Of a stretch of DNA of 64,000 nucleotides, positions 1 through 7,680 are shown piece after piece. The translations under genes and the position numbers were made by a program. Position 1 is the first letter of the stretch, and each line of letters starts with the position of its first letter. The notes under the pieces are model-generated. The model saw nothing but the letters and a program-made list of their open reading frames with translations. It was not told where the DNA came from and made no database searches. This stretch comes from an uncultured bacterium (GTDB lineage Bacteria > Oederibacteriota > PGYV01 > CAWJRG01): assembly GCA_963845185.1 (NCBI GenBank), contig CAWJRG010000005.1:416001-480000 (forward strand), written 5' to 3'.

Positions 1-738
1 TTTTATGATGTCAAGCAGCCGGGCAGGTTCAAGCATCTCAATTATGTCAAATAAATCTTTTGTATTCGTAGAGACAGGTTTCAAACCTGTCTCAGTTTTA
101 TCCTGTGTTTCTTCAATAGATTTCCACTGATACATCTGCGGTAGTTCCCCGTTCCACGGAACTATGGGGAAATATTTTGACACAACATCCGCGCCAATTC
201 CTACCTGGATATATTTAAATAATTCAGGTATTTTCTTTTCATATGCTTTTATGTCTGTTACTGCATCCAGCCAGCTCTTCCTCGCGCTTTCCGGGCTCTT
301 TAACTCTATATTTACAAGAGGTATGCCGTTGATATACAGCATTATGTCGCTCCGGATTTCCTTGTCTCCCGCCCTGTAAACCGGTTGGTTCGTAACAATA
401 AATTCATTGTTATCAGGATTATTAAAATCAATGAAATTAAGGTCTTTTAATATCCGCTCTTTCTTATCCTCCACCCTTTGCCCGAATTTGATGTATTGCA
501 GGGCGTGTTTCATGCCCTGCTCGGTCGTAGGGAGCATCTTAAACTCATGAATCTTTCGCGTAATTTCCTCAGGGCTGATGCTGGTGGACTTGTTGATTCT
601 TTCTATTGCGTTTTTCAGGCTGTTTTCCAGCAATACATCCCCAAGTGAGTTCCTCTCCAGCCCCGCCCCGGGTATGTACTTCCACCCGGCTGCTTTTAGC
701 CGCTCTATAAACTGTTGTTCAAGGCTTTGTTCGGTCAT
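1..738 (-). CDS. hsdR: Type I restriction enzyme subunit R, N-terminal part (runs off the window)
   Basis: Manual translation from ATG at 738: MTEQSLEQQFIERLKAAGWKYIPG...NEFIVTNQ...RSDIMLYINGIPLVNIELKSP, the HSDR_N nuclease motif. Lies downstream of hsdM and hsdS. Confidence 0.93.
   Translation of the reverse strand, partial: MTEQSLEQQFIERLKAAGWKYIPGAGLERNSLGDVLLENSLKNAIERINKSTSISPEEITRKIHEFKMLPTTEQGMKHALQYIKFGQRVEDKKERILKDLNFIDFNNPDNNEFIVTNQPVYRAGDKEIRSDIMLYINGIPLVNIELKSPESARKSWLDAVTDIKAYEKKIPELFKYIQVGIGADVVSKYFPIVPWNGELPQMYQWKSIEETQDKTETGLKPVSTNTKDLFDIIEMLEPARLLDIIK
68..93. repeat. GTAG-REP palindrome inside hsdR
   Basis: GTAGAGACAGG-TTTCAAA-CCTGTCTC; read in frame as part of KTETGLKPVST. 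Confidence 0.8.
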
Positions 739-742
739 TTAT

Positions 743-1438
743 TTACCTTTCTTTATGTTTTTCCATTTCTTCAACCATCATCGCGTCATCGTTTTCCAAT
801 TGTTCTTTTATGGGATTATTCTTTATGTATTCCGAAACAAAATAAAATTCAAATTCATCCCGGATTATCCTGTCGTAAAATCTCGGTTGCCAGATTTTAT
901 TATTTAATCCTGTTATGCGGCTAATTTCTTTTGTCGTGTAACTCTTAAACCCGCCTATAATTGACGACAGTGTCTTTTCGTTTTTTATGCTGTACCTGTA
1001 GAGACAGGGTTCCACCCCTGTCTTCTTGCCTTGCTGTTCTGTCTCTGTTTTCTTGCTTTGAGGCTCCCTGCCTGTCGTTGTATTTTGAGACGGGGACAGA
1101 GCCCCGTCTCTACTAGGTTCCGTGCCTGTCTTTGGTTTTTTAGACGGGGACAGAGCCCCGTCTCTACATGATTTTAATTGGATTATCCCGTGAAAATGAT
1201 CCGGCATAACAACAAATTCGTACAATTGTATCCCTTTATAAAACCCGGGTAATCCTTCCCATGTCTGCTTTACAATTCTTCCGTTTTTATTCAAAATCAT
1301 TCCACCATTATGTATTTTACCGAATAATGATTGCTTATTTTTTACACATACCGTGACAAAATAATACGCTTCTTGCGCGTAATCCCACTCCTTTAACCGC
1401 GTTGTTTCTATTCTGTATTTATTTTTATATAATGCCAT
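743..1438 (-). CDS. REP-associated tyrosine transposase (RAYT, Y1/HUH)
   Basis: TTRLKEWDY, YFVTVC, VVMPDHFHGII (HUH), WQPRFYDRIIRD, YIKNNP; internal low-complexity insert. Confidence 0.92.
   Translation of the reverse strand: MALYKNKYRIETTRLKEWDYAQEAYYFVTVCVKNKQSLFGKIHNGGMILNKNGRIVKQTWEGLPGFYKGIQLYEFVVMPDHFHGIIQLKSCRDGALSPSKKPKTGTEPSRDGALSPSQNTTTGREPQSKKTETEQQGKKTGVEPCLYRYSIKNEKTLSSIIGGFKSYTTKEISRITGLNNKIWQPRFYDRIIRDEFEFYFVSEYIKNNPIKEQLENDDAMMVEEMEKHKER
998..1167. repeat. Three GTAG-REP copies plus decayed copies inside the RAYT gene
   Basis: 998-1023 GTAGAGACAGGGTTCCACCCCTGTCT; 1087-1113 and 1142-1167 (G)AGACGGGGACAGAGCCCCGTCTCTAC. Confidence 0.85.
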
Positions 1439-1454
1439 TTTTATCCTTTCTTTT

Positions 1455-1483
1455 GTAAATATTGGTTTCAGACCTGTCTTTAC
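1455..1483. repeat. Degenerate GTAG-REP upstream of RAYT
   Basis: GTAAATATTGGTTTCAGACCTGTCTTTAC resembles the copy at 68. Confidence 0.6.
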
Positions 1484-1505
1484 GGGATCTGCCGTTACCT
1501 TTTGC

Positions 1506-1533
1506 TTGATATTTACCTGCTATTTGCTATACT
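1506..1533 (+). promoter_or_regulatory. Sigma70 promoter with extended -10, antisense to the R-M operon
   Basis: TTGATA-N16-TATACT with TGn before the -10. Confidence 0.65.
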
Positions 1534-1539
1534 CAATAT

Positions 1540-1592
1540 CGGATCGGGGAGTCACCCGGTCGGCATAAGGCCTCGCAAAAGCGGGGCTTTTT
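1540..1592 (+). ncRNA. Putative ~55-nt sRNA (hairpin plus intrinsic terminator), possibly DUF3800-motif-like
   Basis: GATCGGG-GAGTCA-CCCGGTC, then AAGGCCTCGC-AAAA-GCGGGGCTTT-TT, directly behind a promoter. Confidence 0.55.
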
Positions 1593-1605
1593 GCATTTTA
1601 ATGTT

Positions 1606-2862
1606 TCACTTCACCCTCTTTCTCCCCGTTAATAGTTCATTCATAAGCCCTTTTTTCAGAAGTTCAAATTTTCCTTTTCTTTTAATCTCCAACTCAATTT
1701 GTTCATCAAAACTAGATAATATATCATTGATTTTATTTTGCTCTGCTTTATTTGGTATTAGAATTACAATTTTTTGAAGATTGTCTTGAGTTATGCCTCT
1801 TATAGTTGAACCCTCTCCCATTGCTATGAACTTTTTGCTTTGCAATTGCATCGTATAATACAAGTATTCGCTGTTAACTTGATTATTTTTTAAAACAATA
1901 CCTGTACAATCCTGGCTTGTTGTAACTTCTTTACCAGCGATTGAACAATTACCTAATGATACCCTTGATGAAATAATCACAGCTCCTTTAGGCAATAATT
2001 TTGCCGCACTATTATCTAATCCTTTTTTTGTTATCCTTTTGTCTGTTTTATCTATATATTTTTGTATTAAATCTGCCGAACGAACCCAATTAATAGTTCC
2101 ATTTATCCAGTAATCATCATGCGCTTTTGAAGGAGTGCCGCCAACAAATAAATCAAAGTAATTTTCATTGCCAAGCTCTACTATCTCCCACTCCTCCGGT
2201 ATCTCTCCCAACTCTGTCTTTTTAAATTTCTTATGCCCTATACCTCTTGTCAGCAGCTTCTGCATCATGCCCTTTTTCATCCGTTCGGTCTTCTGTATCT
2301 TCTCCTCTGCCAGTGCGATAGCGTCGTCAACAGTGGACAAGACTTCGGCGATTTTGTTTTGTTCGGAAATATGTGGAATAAGCAGTTGAATTTTTTCAAA
2401 ATTTTCTTTTGAAATTTCCATAAAAGTTGAGCCAGCTCCTGCTTTTTTCATAGCAGGAACTTTTGTTAATATTGTGTAATAAAGGTACTCGGGACTAATA
2501 AATTGTGTATTCTTAATAACTATTGCTTTACATCCCTGGTTGAATGTCATTTCTGTCTTTGCTAATGAAACAAGACCTATTGGCGCGCGGGTAGATATTA
2601 CTATAGAACCTTCGGGAACAAGTGAAACATTGCTATTTTCTAATCCTTTCTTTGTAATTAATCTTTCTGTATTGTTTAAATATTTACCAGTCAAATCCTT
2701 CGGTGTTGCCCATTCTATATTTCCATTCTCCCAATACTCTTTTTGCTCGCTTGAAGGCGTTGAACCGGTTTCTATTTTAAAGAATTCCTTATTTCCCAAT
2801 TCTGTTATATTCCACTCTTCCGGTATCTCGCCAAGTTCTGCTTTTTTATAGCCGGGTTTCAT
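1606..2862 (-). CDS. hsdS: Type I R-M specificity subunit S
   Basis: Two TRDs with repeated KK(A/T)ELGEIPEEW, G(S/G)TPS and P..EQNKI motifs; ends LLTGRKRVK; start set at MKPGYKK after an AAGGAG RBS. Confidence 0.96.
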   Translation of the reverse strand: MKPGYKKAELGEIPEEWNITELGNKEFFKIETGSTPSSEQKEYWENGNIEWATPKDLTGKYLNNTERLITKKGLENSNVSLVPEGSIVISTRAPIGLVSLAKTEMTFNQGCKAIVIKNTQFISPEYLYYTILTKVPAMKKAGAGSTFMEISKENFEKIQLLIPHISEQNKIAEVLSTVDDAIALAEEKIQKTERMKKGMMQKLLTRGIGHKKFKKTELGEIPEEWEIVELGNENYFDLFVGGTPSKAHDDYWINGTINWVRSADLIQKYIDKTDKRITKKGLDNSAAKLLPKGAVIISSRVSLGNCSIAGKEVTTSQDCTGIVLKNNQVNSEYLYYTMQLQSKKFIAMGEGSTIRGITQDNLQKIVILIPNKAEQNKINDILSSFDEQIELEIKRKGKFELLKKGLMNELLTGRKRVK

Positions 2863-2884
2863 AAAAAAGCTCCTTTCATTGTAT

Positions 2885-3838
2885 TCATTCAACAATATCG
2901 TTATCATTATGCATATCTAATGAACTTCTTATCACTTTATGAAATTGTTCGGAATCCATTTTATATTCTCTATCAATATCGTCTATTAATATTGCCGTAT
3001 CAATGTCATCAATATCATTTTCCCTAATAAGATCTTGCGGATTAATATTAAAAGAGTAACTTTCACCTGGATTTAATACTCTGCGTTCCTGATATTTTTC
3101 GGTAATGTAATCACTAGGAAAAATAATTTGCATATGGTTTTTTAGTTTTACTATGAAACTATTTATATATACTTTTTGGGTTGAATGATTTTGTGCGGTT
3201 AAATTTATTGCGTATAACATGCCACGAAACGGATGATTTGCAAGCGATGCACGTGCAAATATCTTAATTTCAGGCTTCTCCGTCTTTTTATTTATATGTT
3301 CCACTTCTATTGGCATACCCTTATCTTTTATTAAACTATTAATAATAATATTTGATGTATGTAGTAAAACTTTTTCTCTTAATTCTGAAATTTCAAAATA
3401 ACTGTCTACGAGTCCTTTCTTCAGATAATTTTCCTTTATTATTTGTAATTTTTTATATTGTTTAATTTCTAGATTTTCTTGCGGGATAGCGCGATTGCAG
3501 AAATATATAATAACTCTTTTACCAGCTTTTATTAGTCTTTCAATTTCTTCTATAGAACCCGATTCATAGTCATCTGTAGGCGTGCCAAGTCTTCCCCAAA
3601 AAATTGCAATTGCCATATCGCATTTATCCACTATTTGTTCATTTAAAACTTTTTGTGGAGCCTTTTTCATATCAGGAACTGAATGAGTTTCATATTTTAC
3701 TAAATTAATAGCAGTATTAAATAGCTCTCCGATTTGTGCATTCCAAGTATTGATTAATTTCTCTAATGTCTCTCTTTCTTCAATAACATCTCCGGGTGAA
3801 ATTAATAAACAATCAAACCTTTTTATATCTTTTGCCAT
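2885..3838 (-). CDS. DUF4062-like N-terminal domain protein, AT-rich
   Basis: LISPGDVIEER...PQKVLNEQIVDKCDMAIAIFWGRLGTPT...SGSIEEIE...IYF. Confidence 0.7.
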   Translation of the reverse strand: MAKDIKRFDCLLISPGDVIEERETLEKLINTWNAQIGELFNTAINLVKYETHSVPDMKKAPQKVLNEQIVDKCDMAIAIFWGRLGTPTDDYESGSIEEIERLIKAGKRVIIYFCNRAIPQENLEIKQYKKLQIIKENYLKKGLVDSYFEISELREKVLLHTSNIIINSLIKDKGMPIEVEHINKKTEKPEIKIFARASLANHPFRGMLYAINLTAQNHSTQKVYINSFIVKLKNHMQIIFPSDYITEKYQERRVLNPGESYSFNINPQDLIRENDIDDIDTAILIDDIDREYKMDSEQFHKVIRSSLDMHNDNDIVE

Positions 3839-3866
3839 TTTAAACCTCCTTTAATTTTTCAAAAAT

Positions 3867-4187
3867 TCAATTATCGCATCCATAAACCGGGCACTTTAAA
3901 TTGGAACCAGCCGGTGCGGCGGGATGAATATCGTTATCCGGTGGATTGTATTCGTGATACCATTTGCATTCTTTATAGTATGCCTCTTCTTCCGAGGTAG
4001 TATATTCATACCAGAAATATTTATAACCACGGCCTTCCTGAGCCGATTTTTTTATTCTATCGGCAAGGTTGGAATCCGACCTGCCCACATAATCCGCTGC
4101 TTTTCCATCCCTTGAAAGAATATATGCTCCCGGCGATACTACATTTACAAAGATATCAACTGAATCTAAATTAAAAGCTCCTTTCAT
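3867..4187 (-). CDS. Small GIY-YIG-like nuclease
   Basis: PGAYIL, YVGRSDSNLADRI, AYYKEC, DNDIHP, C-terminal CPVYGC; AGGAGG RBS. Confidence 0.65.
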   Translation of the reverse strand: MKGAFNLDSVDIFVNVVSPGAYILSRDGKAADYVGRSDSNLADRIKKSAQEGRGYKYFWYEYTTSEEEAYYKECKWYHEYNPPDNDIHPAAPAGSNLKCPVYGCDN

Positions 4188-4270
4188 AAAACACCTCCTA
4201 TCTAATATTAAAATATAACTAACTTTTCACTTCCTCCACGCTTAAAAGCTGCGGCTGCAAAGACCAAGAA

Positions 4271-4384
4271 TAATCATTAACCTAATCGTTAACCAATTTT
4301 TTGCGTCAACCGTTGCGTCAACCTATCATGAACCTAATCCATATTGGACATTTTTAGGGACATTTTCAAATTTTTAGGGACATT
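4271..4384. repeat. Cluster of short 12-bp-period tandem repeats
   Basis: TAATCATTAACC/TAATCGTTAACC; TTGCGTCAACC(G/T) x2; TTTTTAGGGACATT x2. Confidence 0.6.
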
Positions 4385-4408
4385 ATAAAAACTAGCCCTT
4401 ATGCCCTT

Positions 4409-4759
4409 TTATCTAATCGCATTTTTGCCTTTCTCTGTCGTAACATATCCCTGTTTTGAACTATTTGGTTTTCCCGGAATTGTCATTTTAAGCAATCCAG
4501 CTTCAATCAAGGGGTATATTATTTCATTCCTCGTCCTGCTCCTGTTGGTTTTTCCAAGTTGTTCCATAATATATTGTAATGACTTTTCTTCGATTGCGGC
4601 ATTTAAAATCGTCAGCGCCGTATCTTCAGGGACAGACTTAGGACAGACTTGGGACAAACTTGGGACATTTTTGGCCCAATTATGGTCCTGTTTTTCCATG
4701 GCATCTTGGCGTCTTTATGGCGTCATTTTTGCCCGCCCGGCCACCTCGTCTCTATTCAT
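4409..4759 (-). pseudogene. Fic/RecG-type C-terminal HTH remnant
   Basis: PLIEAGLLKMTIPGKPNSSKQGY. ATG at 4759 overlaps the upstream stop (ATGA), but an in-frame TAA follows at codon 15; the ORF resumes at 4699. Contains an 11-bp repeat x3. Confidence 0.6.
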
Positions 4760-5766
4760 TTTCCCAATTGTTTTCTTTCCTTGATGAGCTCCTCTCTTAA
4801 TTCGTTTTCTTTCGGCAGATACAATTTATACTTCGAGGCAAAGACCTGTCTGCTGTCCTTTAGCATTGTGTATTTCACCATTGCCTCGTTTTTTTCAGAA
4901 CAAAGCACTATTCCTATCGTTGGGTTGTCCGTTTTTTGCTTAATTTCATCTTCAAAATACCTCACATAAAAATCCAACTGCCCCACATCCTGATGCGTGA
5001 GTTTGCCCACTTTCAGGTCAATCAGCACAAAACATTTCAAAATATAGTTATAAAAAACAAGGTCAATATAATAATGGTCGCCATCAACAGTTATTCTTTT
5101 CTGCCTCTCCACAAACGAGAATCCGTTTCCAAGTTCGAGCAGGAATTGCCGCAACTTGCTTATAAGGGCGTTTTCGAGGTCTTTTTCCAAATAATCCTTG
5201 TTTTCCTTCATACCGAGAAATTCGAGCACATAAGGGTCTTTTACAATATCCGATGTTTTCTTTAAAATTTGCCCTTTCGTAGACAGCATCTTTACTTTTT
5301 TCTTATTTTTGCTGAACGCCAGCCGCTCAAACAGCAATGAATTGATTTGCCGTTCAAGTTCCCTTGTGCTCCAGTTGCTGTTTATACACTCGTTCATGTA
5401 AAACCCGCGCGCGCCGGTATTTTCCACCTTCAAAAGCAGCCTATAATGGGTCCATGTCAATTCTGAACGCAGTGCGTTCACTTTTCTAAAATATGAATAA
5501 AATGACTTCATGTACCATAGATTACGCTCATCAAAACCAGCGCCGTAGTCTATGCTTAATTTCGCCGAAATATTTTTTATCAAAAAGTCTCCGTATCCGG
5601 CTCTTGCTTTGCCATTTTGTTCCTCTTCCACTATTACCCTGCCTATTTCCCAATATGCCCGAACCATGGCGGAATTGACCGCTCTGTAAGCGGTACTTCT
5701 CGCCTTTTCAAGAATCTGCCTTATATTGTAGTAAAGCCTATTGATGTTGCTTTTTTCCGGTTTCAT
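4756..5766 (-). CDS. YhcG/DUF1016 PD-(D/E)XK nuclease family protein
   Basis: AYWEIGRVIV, LTWTHY, KDPYVLEFL, IDLVFYN, VLIDLK, GQLDFYV. Confidence 0.95.
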   Translation of the reverse strand: MKPEKSNINRLYYNIRQILEKARSTAYRAVNSAMVRAYWEIGRVIVEEEQNGKARAGYGDFLIKNISAKLSIDYGAGFDERNLWYMKSFYSYFRKVNALRSELTWTHYRLLLKVENTGARGFYMNECINSNWSTRELERQINSLLFERLAFSKNKKKVKMLSTKGQILKKTSDIVKDPYVLEFLGMKENKDYLEKDLENALISKLRQFLLELGNGFSFVERQKRITVDGDHYYIDLVFYNYILKCFVLIDLKVGKLTHQDVGQLDFYVRYFEDEIKQKTDNPTIGIVLCSEKNEAMVKYTMLKDSRQVFASKYKLYLPKENELREELIKERKQLGK

Positions 5767-7550
5767 TTTATCTCCTTTAAATACTTTTCTATTTTCTTTT
5801 CCTTTATTGCCAGTTCTTTTTCCAGGCCTTTTATCTCTTTCCAGACCTTGTCCGTGTCAATGTCCTCAATTTCCTCTTCCTTTGAACAGTACATGGTCAC
5901 ATTAAGCGACCAGCCGTTGCTTTCAATATCCGGTATATTCACCACACGGGATATTCCCTTTCTGCCCCTATAACCGTCATTATTTAAAAACTCCTCATAA
6001 TAACCTTTGATTTCCGTGATATTTTTATCTGAAATAATATTCAGCTTCCTGACATCTGGATGTTTTTCAAATAATCCGGAAGCGTTAATAAACAAAACCT
6101 TCTTTTTCATCTCTTCTTCGCGCTTTTTGTTTATTATGATTACGCCACCCGGCGCGCCTGTGTTATAAAAAAGCTTTTCAGGCAGCAGCATGACGCACTC
6201 TATAAGCCCTTTTGTCAAAACCGCCTGCCTTATATTTCCTTCTTTTCCCCCGCGGAACATCGCGCCGTTGTCTATCACTATGCCGGCCCTTCCTTTTTTT
6301 TCGTCAAGGCCGGCGATGACGTGCTGTATCCACGCCCAGTCAGCGGACTGGTTGGGCGTAAAGCCAAAAGTAAACCTCTCCTTTACAAAATTTCCTTTCT
6401 TTAAATTTTCTTCGGGATACCCGTCCTGGTTCCACGGCGGGTTCACAAGGACAATATCGAATGTTTTTAGTTTGCCTTTGTCCTCGAACTTCGGGTATTT
6501 AAGGCTGTCGCTTAATTTCAGGACATCCTGCTTTATGCCGTGAATATACAGGTTCATCTGCGCAAGCGCGACTGACTGGGCGTTTGCTTCCTCTCCATAC
6601 AGGGAAAGGGTCTTTGCTTTTCCTGGCCCTTCCTTTTCAGTCACGTATTTATATGCCTGCAACAGCATGTTTGCCGCGCCGCAGGCAGGGTCATAAACAT
6701 TCTCTCCTGATTTTGGTTTTGTTATTTCCACAAGAAGCCTTATCACTTCTTTTGGCGTGTACACCTCGCCTTCCTTTGCCTTTTGCGGCGCGAAATACCT
6801 GATTATCCACTCGTAGGAATCCCCGAGCACGTCGTCGGAAACGTTTGAAAGCCGTTTCTCGCTGAACAGCTCTACAAGCTGCCTTAACAGCTCGGAATTT
6901 TCCTTGTTCCCGGAAAACTGGATAAAGGAAGTCTGTGATACTATTTCTTTTATCTTAGGGTTATGGTCCCCGATTTCCTTCAATATTTCCGACAGCCCCT
7001 CTGGCAAGTGGGACACATCGTTCCTGATGTTGTCCCAGAAATTCATATTGACCCCCAGGTATTTGTCGGGCACGACAAAATCATGGTAAGCTTCGTTCGT
7101 GGCTTCTTTCTTTGCCTGGTTCTCCGTATATCCGTCCGCTCTTGCTTTTTTATACTCGTCTTCAAATTCCTTCTGCCACTTGTCGCTTATCCTTTTAAGA
7201 AACAAAAGCACAAGAATAAATTTATAATCAACCCTTGTCCTTATCAGGTCAGCGGCGCGCTTTAAAATCTTTTCTATATCATCCCTTGTTAGTTCTTTAT
7301 TCTCGGAAAGTGCTGGTTTCACTTCGTCACCGCATTCAAGAAGCTTATATATTTTCCTTCTTGCATTTTCCGGGTCCTTTACTACCTCAAGGCACTTATC
7401 CTTGCTGATGGAGGATAGGATTGTTAACACCTGTTTTTCCCCGTCTCCATATGTGTCTTTAAGTATCCTGGCGGCATTCTCAAACCTGAATTTTCCCTCG
7501 CCTAATTTGTCCTTTAGTATCTGGTATCTCTTTCTTACCCACTTATCCAT
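5763..7550 (-). CDS. hsdM: Type I R-M methyltransferase subunit M with N-terminal HTH-like extension
   Basis: GEVYTP, YDPACG, NPPW motifs; about 80 extra residues before LKRAADLIR. Confidence 0.95.
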   Translation of the reverse strand: MDKWVRKRYQILKDKLGEGKFRFENAARILKDTYGDGEKQVLTILSSISKDKCLEVVKDPENARRKIYKLLECGDEVKPALSENKELTRDDIEKILKRAADLIRTRVDYKFILVLLFLKRISDKWQKEFEDEYKKARADGYTENQAKKEATNEAYHDFVVPDKYLGVNMNFWDNIRNDVSHLPEGLSEILKEIGDHNPKIKEIVSQTSFIQFSGNKENSELLRQLVELFSEKRLSNVSDDVLGDSYEWIIRYFAPQKAKEGEVYTPKEVIRLLVEITKPKSGENVYDPACGAANMLLQAYKYVTEKEGPGKAKTLSLYGEEANAQSVALAQMNLYIHGIKQDVLKLSDSLKYPKFEDKGKLKTFDIVLVNPPWNQDGYPEENLKKGNFVKERFTFGFTPNQSADWAWIQHVIAGLDEKKGRAGIVIDNGAMFRGGKEGNIRQAVLTKGLIECVMLLPEKLFYNTGAPGGVIIINKKREEEMKKKVLFINASGLFEKHPDVRKLNIISDKNITEIKGYYEEFLNNDGYRGRKGISRVVNIPDIESNGWSLNVTMYCSKEEEIEDIDTDKVWKEIKGLEKELAIKEKKIEKYLKEIK

Positions 7551-7562
7551 GCTTTCCTCCTG

Positions 7563-7661
7563 ATATACAAGTAATCAACCAAATAGGTTGTATATTCCTG
7601 AAACTCAAAAAAAAAGACCTTGCTATTAATTAAGTATACTCGATCTATGTTTATAAGTCAA
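7563..7661 (-). promoter_or_regulatory. hsdM promoter and operator-like inverted repeat
   Basis: TTGACT-N17-TATACT (7661-7633); ATATACAA-N17-TTGTATAT with overlapping CAACC/GGTTG (7563-7595). Confidence 0.6.
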
Positions 7662-7680
7662 GTTCTTTGGATGTTCGTTG

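Noticed and set aside
998..1167. Repeat-spacer-repeat pattern resembling a mini CRISPR array
   Set aside because: Only two identical units, lying inside a coding RAYT gene and matching the dispersed REP family; no cas genes in the window
1606..2862. Invertible hsdS shufflon
   Set aside because: Single hsdS, with no recombinase or inverted silent TRDs in the window
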